Part shown: positions 1-12,951 of the stretch, piece after piece
How positions within the stretch are numbered: position 1 is the stretch's first letter
How the letters are laid out: the number at the start of each line of letters is the position of its first letter
Source of the DNA: Octopus sinensis
Taxonomy: Eukaryota
DNA length: 64,000 nt
Assembly: GCF_006345805.1 (NCBI RefSeq)
Contig: NC_043003.1
Location: 25,730,001 to 25,794,000 of the forward strand
Reading direction: 5' to 3'
Position numbers and translations under genes: made by a program
Notes under the pieces: model-generated
Seen by the model: only the letters and a program-made list of their open reading frames with translations
What the model was told of the DNA's origin: nothing
The model's database searches: none

Positions 1-281
1 TCGGTTTGAACGGCAGTTTTTTCTAGCGGTGTCATATGAAATTGTCACCCATAATTATGACCCTAGTATCGATCTATTGCATTTCAATCTGTTTTAGGGT
101 TAGGGTTAGGGTTATGGGTGGGGGAAGGGTAGCTTTTTTTCTTTAGAAATGTAAATAAACCCAATCTGTTTCTTAAACGAGGGACATATTCATACGGCAC
201 AAAATGTTTTCACCTCAATAGACGTCATTAATTGGTTGAAATTGCAGAAATTGAAGAAAAAAATCAACAAATATCTTACAA
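1..281. mobile_element. Truncated second copy of the MITE at 316-726
   Basis: 1-281 nearly duplicates 324-592 (offset 323) and carries two extra TTAGGG units near 95-112. Confidence 0.7.
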
Positions 282-315
282 AGTTGAGTAGGCTGAAACA
301 AAGTGAAGCGGATTG

Positions 316-726
316 GGATTTTTTCGGTTTGAACGGCAGTTTTTTCTAGCGGTGTCATATGAAATTGTCACCCATAATTATGACCCTAGTATCGATCTAT
401 TGCATTTCAATCTCTTTTAGGGTTATGGGTGGGGGAAGGGTAGCTTTTTTTCTTTAGAAATGTAAATAAACGCAATCTGTTTCTTAAACGAGGGACATAT
501 TCATACGGCACAAAATGTTTTCACCTCAATAGACGTCATTAATTGGTTAAAATTGCAGAAATTGAAGAAAAAAAATCAACAAATATCTTACAAACTATAG
601 AATCTTCTCAATAAAGCCAAGAGAAAAAGATGTTTTATAAACACATTCTACCAGTATACGAAGTTTAAAAGTGTTTAGTTACGTGGAAATTATTTTTAAA
701 AACTGCCATTCAAACCGAAAAGATCC
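316..726. mobile_element. Non-autonomous DNA transposon (MITE) with about 30-bp TIRs and an 8-bp TSD; Merlin- or hAT-like
   Basis: Left end GGATTTTTTCGGTTTGAACGGCAGTTTTT; right end AAAAACTGCCATTCAAACCGAAAAGATCC. Flanks GCGGATTG (308-315) and GCGGATCG (727-734). Confidence 0.7.
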
Positions 727-999
727 GCGGATCGTTTTCTCCAAGGACACCACGCGTCGCTCTATCCAGGAAATCGGACCACAAAGTTTCAGACGTGAGT
801 CGTCCAACATCACGCACCAAATCACACACCATCTAAATCATGACACCGAATATTAGCCATTAATTTCATCGCCACATAATTATTACCAATTAAGTTTTTA
901 GTGCTCACTACATTAATTATGTTGATACTAACAATGAACACTTTGTCGGCACTATCTCGATTTCCTTGGATTTTATTGTTTCACTAGCTTTTGATCAGT

Positions 1000-1640
1000 T
1001 ACCTCCTCTCCCCCTCTCTCTTTCCCTCCCATACCTTCTCTCCCTCTCTTATCCTCTCTCTCTACTGACCTTGCTTTCCTTCCTTCTCCCTCTCTCTTAC
1101 TCTCTCTCTATCCACTGAGCTTCCCTCTTCCTCCCTCTCACTTACCCTCCCTCTACAATGTTCCAGTCTCCCTCTCTGTTACCCTTTCTCTATTAGGATT
1201 CCCTCCCCCTTCTTTTACTCTCTCTTAAACTTCATTTCCTTCTCCCCGTCTCTCTCTCTCTCTAACTAACTAAACTTATTTTTCCCTCTCTCTACTAAAC
1301 TGTTCCCCTCTCTGTCTCTCTCTTACCCTCTCTCTCTCTACAAAGCTGTTTTCTCCTACAAATTTTACTTTCCTTCCTTCTCTCCTCCCTTTCTCTTCCT
1401 TAAAGCAGTATCCTTTATCAACCGTCTCCCTTTCTCTCTACTAAGTTTCCTTCTCCCTCTCTCTTACCGTTTCTCTACTAAGTTTCCGCCTTCTCTCTTT
1501 TACCCCCCTCTTTATTAGACATTTAAATTTCAATCTCCCTCTCTTTTCCCCTCTCTCCTACCCTGTCTCGACTAAACTTTTTTCTCCCTCTCTCTTTTAT
1601 ACCCCTCTCTGTACAAAGTTCTCCTTCCTTCTCTCTTCCT
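1000..1640. repeat. CT-rich polypyrimidine low-complexity tract
   Basis: About 640 bp made almost entirely of C/T with degenerate ctctctctact motifs. Confidence 0.85.
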
Positions 1641-2032
1641 CCCCTTCCCAATGCAAACATTACCGATACACTCGAAACTGCTGACTTGATGTCAAGAGAA
1701 CACAAAACATGATAACGTCGTCATATTTTACGGACACGTCAGACATTTTACAGAGAGAGAGAGAGGACATAGAGTGTTTGTGTGTTTGGGTGCGTATGTG
1801 TTTGCGTGTGTGTGCTTGTTTGTGTGTATGTGTGTGTATGTGTGTGTGTGTGTGTGTGAGAAAGAGAGAGAGAGATGACAGGATAAATAGATTAAAAATA
1901 CATACGCACGCATTTATCTACACATACACAGCACACAAATATACTTGTACATACACATACACAAGCACACACAAGACACATATATGCAGACATACCCATA
2001 CATACATACATACAAATATAATGCTAAGTGTG

Positions 2033-2366
2033 AAGGCGCATGGCTCAGTGGTTAGAGTGTCGAGCTAACGATCGTGAGGTTGTAAGTTCGATCCCCGGAC
2101 CGGGCTGCGTGTTGTGTTCTTGAGCAAGACACTTTATTTCACGTTGCTCCAGTTCACTCAGCTTTAGAAATGAGTTGCAACATTACAGGTGCCAAGCTGT
2201 ATCTGCTTTTGCCTTTCCCTTGAATAACATCTGTGGTGTGGAGAGGGGAAGCTGGTATGCATGGGCGACTGCTGACCTTCCATAAACAACCTTGCCTGTA
2301 CTTGTACCTGGGAGGGTAACTTTCTAGGTGCAATCCCATGGTCATTCATGACCGAAGGGGGCCTCC
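2033..2366 (+). mobile_element. tRNA-derived SINE, family C (related copies about 2895-3135 +, 19203-19460 -, 31555-31800 -)
   Basis: A box TGGCTCAGTGG, B box GTTCGATCC, then GTGTTCTTGAGCAAGACACTT; recurs in the window. Confidence 0.75.
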
Positions 2367-3351
2367 TTTCCCAATGCTAAGTGATAATATACAAACAAAA
2401 TGGATTTATGGATTTATGTATATGTATAATATACAGTGTATATCATATCTTTTACGTGCCTCAGTCATTGGACTGCGGCCATAATCGGAGAAGAGAAGGC
2501 ACATTATTGATGAGGTTGCAATCGGCCACAAAAGGACTTTGACGGGCAGCTGATGGATTATTTAACAGACTCATTCAACAAGTGATCGATTAGTTGATTG
2601 GCTTGATAACTAACTAATTGACTAACAATAAAGAAGTGAAATTGAACCAGTGTCTGTGTTTATTATTGGTGTAGCGACCCTCCTAAGGCTCAACATCTGT
2701 CTATTACTTGTTTAAGTCATTGGATTTAGTGGCACACGGTCTCATTTCCTGAACTCCCAAGTTGTAGACGTGAATGAACCAGTACCGGCTGTCAAGTGGC
2801 AGTGGGGGAACAAAGACACACACACACATACAAATGTATATACATTCATGTGTGTCCGTGTATTATCTATAAACATATATGCATGTGTGAGTGTTAAAGC
2901 TTAGTGGTTAGAGTGTTGCACTCATGATTGTGAGATCGTGAGTTCGATTCCTAGACAGGGCGTTGCGTTGTGTTCTTGAGTAAAACACTTCCTTTCATGT
3001 TGCTCTGCGATTATTTCGTCATCTGACATGTGGCACTCGGTGCAGCTGTACAGGTAATGTCGATTTGATGGAAGGAGTGATCTTATGTATACACAAACAT
3101 TTGATCGCTATAAACAAATCATGTGTGTGATTGTTCGGCAATAAATTGCCGAGCCCTCATACGTTGTCTCACAATGGGAGAGTCCTACGCCACGCAGCCT
3201 CTGTCAACCGTAAGTTTATGTATATTGCAATAGGTCGTCTACATCTTGTGTCGTATAGCTGCACGTTCTGGCGGTGCGCTCTACATAGTTACCAAAGACT
3301 CAACACGGATATTATATATCTGTTACAATGGATTTAGAATAGTATGACCAT

Positions 3352-3441
3352 ATCTGCTACCTCTGATGAGCGTAAGATTACATAATCGGATTGTTATCTA
3401 ACACTCTGTTGTATCTCTAGCGCGAAATCGATCGGTAAGAT
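3352..3441 (+). ncRNA. Candidate type I hammerhead ribozyme
   Basis: CUGAUGA at 3363-3369, GAAA at 3424-3427, palindromic stem III AUCGAU followed by C. Stem I is AUCU(GC)UACC paired with GGUAAGAU. Long imperfect stem II. One extra U before C3. Confidence 0.45.
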
Positions 3442-4161
3442 CAGCCGTAATGGATATATAATACTGTACGCACGCGTGCTCGCGCACACACAAATACATG
3501 TATATACACGATGTTGGTGTGTTTACGTCCCCGTAGCAAAACCGTCCACCCTTTGCCCTTAACTACCTGTGAAATCTCTCCCCACATCTTCTCTCGATAT
3601 CATGTGACCATCCCATTTCTCCTTTCAACTTCTTTTTATTTATTTATTTATTTATTTATTTTTGCTTAAACGCTGACCCGCTCAGTAGCGCTTCTCCCAG
3701 GCCCTTACTTCAGCCTTCACCTTCAACACCGGATTCGTTTTTAACACATTTCTTTCTATCTTTTCATCTCACCACTTTCCTTTTCAAGTCCAAAGCTACA
3801 TAATGTTCCATTGCGTTACTTCTACATGTGTTTTGTCCTCATGATGCCACGGAGCTGTACGGTCTTTATTTTTGTTATATATTTATATTCATACCATCAA
3901 CCTGTGTCGCGTTTGTTTTCGTCACCGTCCTCTACATTCGCTCATTATTCTCAGCGCTTGTTTCCTGTTGACGCCACCAAAATGAACAATATTACTGTTA
4001 AAGGTGTGAAGTCGTAATGATTTTGGAGCGATCACTGATGAGGAAAGAGTATGCCCAAGTCTTCTGTTTGAATTTTCCGTTTGTTCCTTAGTCGTCCCCC
4101 TGTTCAACTTTCGAATATATATATATATATATATATATACATATGTACACACACACACATA

Positions 4162-4205
<44 letters not shown>

Positions 4206-4264
4206 TATATATATATAATACATATGTACATATGTATGTTTATATATATATATGTGTGTGTGTA

Positions 4265-4324
<60 letters not shown>

Positions 4325-4472
4325 ATATATATAACAATTGCAGCGTGGAAGGTGTTTATAAGCCATTTAAGAAACACACAAAAACTGTTAGATTCACTTC
4401 AACATTTCAAATTTAATTTCCCAAAATATTTTCGTCGCTTTGAGACCGCGACCTCTTCGTATATTATATATA

Positions 4473-5134
4473 TGTGGGGATCTAGCTTGACCCTACCTGA
4501 GATTTGAAACCAAATCCACTAGCTTGTTGCTTGTCAAAATGAGCGGGAAATCCTCTCCACACTAGATGATTGATGAGGAAAGACTCGACCCCCTAGGACC
4601 TGTGCTGGTCAAGGAAAGGTCAGTCCTTTGTTTAAGGTTTGACCTACATTACTGACCATAGTCTATATAACAGAGAGAATTTACTATCTCTTCCTCTTAT
4701 GTGTCAGCTATGACCAAGGCGCAACACCCTCTCTTTTGTGTCAGCTAGACCAGCGAGTTACACGCTCTTTTGCGTCAGGTATGACCAAGAGCAGCACTTC
4801 CTTTTCGGCCGCGAAAATTACGATGCCACCTCTCTCCTTTCTTCCTTTCTGGTCAGCACCGTACATTCCTTACTCTTTCACTCTCTACTGACAGGCAACC
4901 TTTTTTTACACTATCAACTACTAATCAGAGAACCAACCTTGTCACTATCACTAGAATCGCTACTGTTTCTTTAACTACCTGTCGGGAAAACGAATAAACA
5001 TATGTAAATAATATTTCTTCCTTCATGGTGTTGATTCTTCGATGTTTACTGATACTCCGACGCGAGAACCTTCAAGCGTTACATCAACATGGTATATTTG
5101 GTAGTGGGCTACATCATATCGACCTGATATCACA
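4473..5134 (+). mobile_element. Possible solo LTR
   Basis: Begins TGTG and ends CACA. TATA-like CTATATAA near 4663, three degenerate repeats of about 36 bp (tgtcagctatgacc), AATAAA near 4992. No TSD found. Confidence 0.3.
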
Positions 5135-5151
5135 TCTTTCATCCAGCTCGC

Positions 5152-5257
<106 letters not shown>

Positions 5258-5289
5258 CTAGCAGAATATCTGTATATATATAAGTCAGG

Positions 5290-5332
<43 letters not shown>

Positions 5333-5954
5333 TGCGTGCGTACGTGAATGTAGTTTATGCACATCCACAAATTAGCACGCATGTCGCTCAAATTTTAGGA
5401 TTACATTCGTCACGACCCTAGCTGTATTTTCGTCAAATTATTTCCCCCCGAGGCACTCGCGAATAGCGGTAAATAATTTTGAGCCATAACTTCTCTAACA
5501 GTTTTCACGGCGAAGAAAGCCACTGTAGTAACGCCATTATTGTTTACAAACATGAGTTAAGTCCCCTTCTAGCGACAGTGTAAAGAGAGGGAGGGAAAGG
5601 GAGAGAGAGGGAGAGGGAGATAACAGATTTTTAAAATTTCGTCTTTTTACTGAGTGATTGACAGGCAAAAATAGACAGACAGGAGTTAATCCATTTAAAT
5701 CATATCTTTCATGAAATTCTCGCTCACACCAAACAACGTAAACTCCACTCACTCCTCCATTCCATCACACTCGATGCCACTATCCCAACTCCCCCTACCC
5801 TTCCCGCCCTGATACACTTCTCCACCCTCACCACCCACCGCCGTCACTCCAACTCCTCCACACACACACCTACTCCTCATCTCCTCTCTTCCAGCCTTCC
5901 ACTACCCCCACCACCCCTCCCACTTCTGTCCCATTCACCCTTACTCCACTTCAG

Positions 5955-6941
5955 TCTGTTGTTACCATTCCTCCAGATCTTCCCTTCTCTAAGGCGGAGC
6001 GCTCCCTCCTCAGTAGGGGCCTCCGCTTCATCTCCCTCATTCCATCCAGCAACGAATTTCGGACTCGTGCCGATGTCCACAGCTTCATGCGCCGTGTTAG
6101 GTTGTGTGCGCTATTCCGCGACACTCCACCTGCATCTAATGAGGAGGACTACTTTACCAACCTGGGCCGCCGACCATCCCAGTGGACGCCAGCTCGTGAC
6201 CAGCTACAAGCAGTCGATCTTTTTGCGGGTGTCTACCAGCGTGCTGTGGACCGGTTTGACTTTTCCAGGTGTCCCCGACATCTGAACATCTCCCCAGCCG
6301 AACTCTTGGCACTTCGATGTCTCCGATGCTGCAAAGTCATCATCATAAAACCGGCCGACAAGGGTGGAGCCGTGGTGGTGTGGTGCACGGACCTCTACAA
6401 GACCGAAGCTCTCCCCCAACTTCAAGACACCTCCTTCTACTACCCTCTGCCCTCTAACCCCACGCCCAGCTACCAACAGATGGTGTCCTCCACTATCCAT
6501 GACCTCATCTTCTCCTCCTGTCTCCCCCACCGCCTCCAACCTCATTGTTCGCACACCGCGCACCCCCATAATTTACTTCCACCCCCAAATCCACAAACTT
6601 AACAACCCTGGCTGTCTTATCGTCTCCGCCTACAACTGCCCCACCGAACTCATCTCCAGATATCTTGACCGTGTACTCGCCCCCCTGGTGGCTTCCATCC
6701 CCTCTCACTTCTCTTCACTCTTGACATCTAGAGCCTATACACGATGATCCCTCACTACGAGGGGTTTTGTGCACTCCAACACTACCTTGACTTCAGACCC
6801 AACCACCAACCTGACACATCCGCACTTCTTTGTCTGGCCGAACTTGTTCTCTCCTTTAAATGCTTCCTTTAAATGCAAGCTCCGGAGTGGCCATGGGAAC
6901 GAGAATGGGCCCCAACTATGCGAACCTGTTCGTTGGCTACT

Positions 6942-6943
<2 letters not shown>
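5955..6943 (+). pseudogene. Penelope-like element (PLE) reverse transcriptase fragment, frameshifted and internally deleted
   Basis: Peptides AERSLLSRGLRF, FMRRVRL, IIIKPADKGGAVVVW, PQIHKLNNPG.LIVS and GVAMGTRMGPNYANLFVG are typical of PLE RT. Truncated by a (TA)n tract. Confidence 0.85.
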
Positions 6944-7015
<72 letters not shown>

Positions 7016-7188
7016 GAGTTTCTTCACTTTCTGACTATGAAATTTACTCATAGCATTAGCCGACCTTGGGCTATAGTAGAATATAACTGTATAGCCCAAA
7101 TTGCCGCGCAGTGGAACTGAAAGCGAAACCACGTGGCTGCAAAACGTGCTTCTTAACCACATAGCTATTATGTGCACGTGAGTGAGCG

Positions 7189-7242
<54 letters not shown>

Positions 7243-7311
7243 TACATACACACATACATACATACATACATACATACAGGCACTGGAAGTCGCTTATTGT
7301 GGTCACTAAAA

Positions 7312-7343
<32 letters not shown>

Positions 7344-8052
7344 AACGGGAAGAGAGGAAAAGAGCGCGCGCAACAGAATGACCCTGATAGATAAATAGAT
7401 ATGGCAGAGATAAACAACTATTATGTGTATGTGTGTGTGCGCGCGTGTGCGTGCGTACGCGCGCGTTAGAAACTAGATAAAGATATTACCTAACAACTAC
7501 CTTTTGAGTTGATGAATTGAGCAGGTCTTACAACCAGTCAGTCTTACCACGTGTACTGCTTTAAGGGAAAATTTTAACACAAGCACACACATACACACAC
7601 GTACACACGCACGCACTCACACACACACACACACACATACACACACACGTACACAAAACACTTGACTATTTTAACGCGTTGTGTTATTTACCAGAAAACT
7701 GTATCATCAGCTGCGGGTTTTTCCGGAGAGTTTTTCATTTTTGTTTTTCTTCCTTTTTCAAACAGAAGTTCTCATTCACGGCGAAGCTATTCATTTGACC
7801 TATAGAACTACAGCCCATTGGTTAAAGCTTTTCCAGATTACAGAATATGTTTCTAACCAGTGATAGTCACTTCTAAATTAGACAATTATTAAATCTACTC
7901 AAATAATACTAACATTTTTTTCTTGTCTTTGGTCAATGAGTGTTATTTCCTATTTGCTTTATCTAAAAATCAAATCCATTCAAACTTTGCTTTTGTGACC
8001 TGGACATCAATGTTTTGGAACTGGCCTATTTTCCATTTTATTTCAGACAGAT

Positions 8053-8137
8053 AGGCGTAGGAGTGGCTGTGTGATAAGTAGCTTGCTTACCAACCATATG
8101 AGTGGATTGGTAGACGGAAACTGAAAGAAGCCCGTCG

Positions 8138-8196
<59 letters not shown>

Positions 8197-8208
8197 ATGA
8201 TATATATA

Positions 8209-8244
<36 letters not shown>

Positions 8245-8474
8245 TGTATGTATGTATGTATGTTTGTGTGTCTGTGTTTGTCTCCCCTCAACATCGTTTG
8301 ACAACCGATACTGGTGTGTTTACGTCCCCGTAACTTAGCGGTTCGGCAAAAGGGACCGATAGAATAAGTACTAGACTTACAAAGAATAAGTCCTGGGGTC
8401 GATTTGCTCGACTAAAGGCAGTGCTCCAGCATGGCCACAGTCAAATGACTGAAACGAGTAAAAGAGTAGAAGAG
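8053..8474 (+). mobile_element. tRNA/CORE-like SINE, family A, with internal microsatellite (head partly deleted)
   Basis: AGGCGTAGGAGTGGCTGTGTG head, (TA)/(TATG) core, conserved 3' body ending ATGACTGAAAC-AGTAAAAGAG. Confidence 0.85.
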
Positions 8475-10574
8475 CTTACATCTGTTTCTGCGATAAGATG
8501 CAGTGTACTTAGAGCCGTGTGCTTGTCCGTATTTATTTTTCTTGCTCATTTACTCTCAAGCAAAGATAATTAAAATTTAACTGTAGATTCACATCTAAAC
8601 TATATCTTATTTATTTTGTAGTTAATAATAAAAAAAAATAGCAGCAAGTGTTAATCAGATATTGGCATCTCGTTCTTTGGACTTTCTGAGTTCGATGTCG
8701 AATTCATGACAATCGTTTTTCGCTTAACATAGCGTTGTGGACATCCGCAGATCGTTAAGCATACTTGTGATCAGTATCGTAGCTGGAAGAGGGAAGTGGG
8801 GAAGATCCGCCCCGGGCGGCACAACTTTTGGGTCTGTTGTAGGCAATATGTATTTTTTTTTCTTGTGGCGACCTGGGGACGGCAAACTGAAGGGCCGCCC
8901 CGGGCGGCACACACTGTGTTTGTGATTAGCCTTATGATTAATTTATTATTAACTACAAAATAAGAAATAGTTTCAATATGAATCCTAAAGTTGAATCTTA
9001 ATTATTGTTACTCAGAAATAAACGAACAAGAAATAGATTTTCTCCCCAGGTAAAAACAGTAGATGGATCAATTAATTGTGATTGAATGAATTCCAACTAC
9101 CATTCATTGTGAGTTCGCTAATCACCTCGTATATTTTCTCATGAAAACTAAGGCAATAACCAGAGGAATGCGATGAACCAAATGTACATATACACACACT
9201 CTTTCTCTCTCGCTCCCCCCCCACACACACATATACACAAAGACACACATACATACACACACACAGACGGAATTGTGGCTGTTAAGAGAAAACGGCTTCA
9301 TAAAATGCAGAATATTTTCGAAAACACTTGTTTTCAAAAAGAGAGGAAGAGAGTCCCGCACCAAAATGATTCACAAACCACTGCCAGACCAATCGATTAC
9401 CAGACCAATTCATTACTGCAGTCGTGGTAGGGGCCGCTTCGCCTGTCGTTTACCTCACCAACCCAACTACATCTCTTCACCATCAAACTTCACTCATCTG
9501 TTTTTACTCCCCACACTTTTTACTACCATAGCCATTTGGCAAGCAATTCTCCAAACTACTTCAGGCCATCATTACCAGGGTGATTAGTCAAACGAGTTTC
9601 ACCATAATTTAATTATGTTTCATTTTAAAGAATATCACAAATAACCAAATAATGTCCATGTGCCTGACACAATTGATGGCCGCAGCATTACTCCATTCGA
9701 TACGACCGCAACTATACTTTTTCCAAATGAAGTTTGAATTTAGAAAATTTTATTCTGAAAGTCCAATTTTTAATGGTGGGCGGTATCTTCAGCAGATAAA
9801 CTTCTATAAATTCTGATCAGAATTAACCAATGAATATCTATTTACATAAACATATCTACAATTACGAAAAAATATATATTCACTTGAAGAAATACTGGCA
9901 GCAGAACTGCAGCACCCTCTATTTCCACTCGATATTATCGATAACGTTCAATATAATGAGTCCTTTTACTTTAATTCTTTCTTTATACTTCTACATTATA
10001 TAATCCTTAAGCTTAATGTCAGTAGCTGTTCCCTTGTTTATGAAAAAAAAAAAATCCCTGTATAGAACTGTGTGCTTCACAGTTTCAGTGACGTGGTGCT
10101 TGACTGTTGTGCGCATGCTCACATGTTCGAGATAGAAAGCTTCACGCTAGGGAGAGAGAGCACTGCATGAACGACAGTTCCGACCCTGGTATGCTGATGA
10201 AATGTAGTGCTTCTTTTTGATTCCGGGTGTGTTATGCTTAACGTCTTTATATTCTTAAATGTGATAAAATGTAGAATTAGATTATTTTGTGATTTAGAGG
10301 AGGATTTTTGAAAAACAAGGGGGAATTCGCGGCGATTTTTAGTGAACAAATTAAACACACTACCTGGCAGTGGCTAAAACGCAAACTGATCAAGTTTATA
10401 TATAAATATTCTTTTTATATGTGTGTTTCCTTTTACACAATATTAAAACAACGCCTAAAAATCTTCTGAAGCAGTATCCCCACTAATTTTATCTACGAAC
10501 CGCCACTGACTCGCAGAATTCCTATTTCTTTTACTTACTGCACTAATCATAATTTCCTTTTTTTTCTGAGCATA

Positions 10575-10770
10575 TTGGCGTTGAAATATTTTCGTTAAAT
10601 TCGTCTGTCTTTACGTTCTGGGTTCAAATTCCGCCGAGGTCGACTTTACCTATCATCCTTTCGAGGTCGATAAATTAAGTACCATTTGCGTACTGGGGTC
10701 GATCTAATCGACTGGCCCCCTCCCCCCAAATTTCGGGCATTGCGCCTAGAGCAGAAAAGAATATTTTCGT
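10575..10770 (+). mobile_element. SINE family B body with an alternative 3' tail
   Basis: GTTCAAATTCCGCCGAGGTCGACTTT...GGGGTCGAT shared with 16695-17307; the sequence after CGACT differs. Confidence 0.7.
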
Positions 10771-10786
10771 CAAATGAGAAGCATTC

Positions 10787-11990
10787 TTAGGTAAAGCCAA
10801 AATGTTTATCTTTAATAGATTTCCCAATAAAAGCAGGTTTAATTATTGCATTCATGGAACATTTATCAATCGCAACTAATTTGTATACTGCTCCTTTTAT
10901 TGTCTCAGTTCGGTTTTCCCTAAAGAATGTTTTTTCCTGTTTCTTTATTATGATCGTAAGATCTAATATAGAAGGACAGTACAGGACAATACAAAACATT
11001 AATAAAGAAATACTCAGCGAGTTGTTTTTCAGTTGGTTTTTTTTTTTACCCAAAAATATATCAAGTTAAAAATAGATGATTTATATGATTTAAAAATTTA
11101 GATTCCATTTTTTTCTTGTTGGTCTACTGTCCAACGGCTACATCCTTTTTTTCCTCATGGTAGATTAAGTAGGGACACTCACTCCCAACTTCCTTACCAC
11201 ATCCTGTTATTTCCTGTTGGTCAATTATTTCTGAAAGAGTTTTATCTATATCAGTTGTACTAGTTTTTGAGAAAATGTCTTTGAATGATCTTTAACCTTT
11301 TGTCTGTCCAAAGCATTTTCATAGGTTTGACCTGAACGTTCGTACTTGTTTTCAGTTTTAGCTAGCCCTTGTTTCATACGGCCTGAGTAATTTAAAGCTT
11401 TTCTTTCATAAGTCTCACGAGGCAAGCGAAGGGTTAAACAATATAAAAAAACCTCTTGTACAACCACTGGACTACCTTTAAACAATTTTATGTAATTTAT
11501 TATTAGATTCTAAATCATATATCCGGCAATTCCTGGGTAACAGAATACAATCTAGAGAATTTCCGATTGCAGTATCAACAAAATTTCCCTGCGACTCGGG
11601 GTGTGAGAATCCTGGAAGTTAATCCTTAATGTTAAATTCTTATTCTATCGAAGTTGACTTTGCCTTTCATTTCTCCGGTGTCTATAGATTAATTCCCAAT
11701 TGTTTATTGGGATAGATTAAATCGACAATAATATCTTTATTGTTTTCAACAGCTTTTGTTTATGACAAAATTTAATCTCTATAAGCACGACGTTTCTTTT
11801 TTAAGGAGAGGGTGCTTCAATTATCATAGTTTCCGGATTTGGAATTGGAAATAGGGGATTCTTCTGATAAAAAGTTCACGTCTTTGTGCTAACAGAGAGG
11901 TTGAAATCCTTGGATCAAATCCCTTTTTCTGTTTAATTACATCTGAGTTGAAATCAGGATGGAACTAATATCTTCTTTCATCCATTCGGA
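10787..11990 (-). pseudogene. Highly degraded L1/Tx1-like LINE ORF2 fragment
   Basis: ORF 10787-11053 (LTIIIKKQEK...YKLVA...IIKPAFIGKSIKD) loosely resembles the L1 RT N-terminus (ITLIPKK..NWRPI..DYKILAK..Q.GFI.GRSI.D). Upstream pieces weakly resemble the endonuclease and linker. Similarity judged by eye only. Confidence 0.35.
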
Positions 11991-12576
11991 TCGTCGGTTA
12001 AATAAGGACCAATATTATATACTGAGGCCTAAATTCTTATGATAGTCAGTCGCCCAAGACCGCCCCTGTTCCTGTAAATCAAAACACCTTTAAAATGTCC
12101 ATATTTAAATCAAAACCTTTCAATATAATTTTAGATTAAAACTTTTTTAATTATGTTCGGAAAACTGGTTAAAGTCTACCTCGAGCTCAGAGCATCATCA
12201 GATCGAGGCTTAACTCAGTTGCTGAGGAGTTTAAGCGACATAGAATACAAGACTTTCGATAGAATGAGACGCGTAGGTAATCCATCATAGAGTTAAGCCC
12301 TAGCTGTCTCCGGTACTCATTTTCGACTGAGTAGAGTGAAGAAACATGAAGTAAAGCGCCTGACTCATGGACACAATGCGGCGTCCAGTGTGATAACTGA
12401 AACCACGACCCAATAACCGTCGTCGCTATCATCATCACCACTTTCACCATCACCAAAAACAACGGTGTCGTCGTCGTCGTTGTCATCATCATCATCATCA
12501 ACACTGCCGCTGCCACCGCCGTCGTCATCAGCAGTAGATTTCTTCATCTGAAAATTCATTCGAATTTTCATTATTT

Positions 12577-12951
12577 TTTGTTACATTCGGTTTTAGCGAA
12601 GGCGGAGGTATTATTTTCAGTCGTGTTTGTTTGTCTATAAACAAGATATCTCAAGAACCGCTGGATGGATTCGGATGAAACTTCAGGGATATTTGACCTC
12701 GTGACTGGCACAAATTGATTAGATTTAGGAATCGATCCGTTACTGGACAAGGGTTCTGAATAATTTAACCTGTTTTTTTTTTTTTTTACTTAATTTTTAA
12801 GAGCGATCGGGTTCATGTTAAATATTCTTGATTGTGAGAGCAGCAGTCAAGTTTATTTAAGATATTCTCATTTAAAAAAAAACATTTCTGGCTAATTGTT
12901 GAGAGGATGTTGGTGTTGCTTTGGCGGAGGTTTGCGCTCTCTGAGTGCTCT
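12577..12951 (+). mobile_element. Helentron-associated non-autonomous element (HINE-like)
   Basis: 5' GGCGGAGGT subterminal motif, GTTTGTTTGTCT microsatellite, 3' TGGCGGAGGTTTGCGCTCTCTGAGTGCTCTT end. Confidence 0.55.

Noticed and set aside
95-112. TTAGGG repeats suggesting a telomere
   Set aside because: Only about three units, inside a MITE copy.
2033-2105. tRNA-like sequences here and at other SINE heads
   Set aside because: A and B boxes run directly into SINE bodies and there is no complete cloverleaf.
9273-9587. ORF with faint AP-endonuclease-like words
   Set aside because: Similarity too weak to support a call.
12168-12214. Hairpin enclosing UGAUGA and CUGA (C/D-box or hammerhead-like)
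   Set aside because: Too short for a snoRNA, and there is no GAAA for a hammerhead.
12365-12571. Acidic Asp-rich ORF with an apparent acceptor
   Set aside because: Explained by GAT/GAC trinucleotide repeats; no linked exons found.
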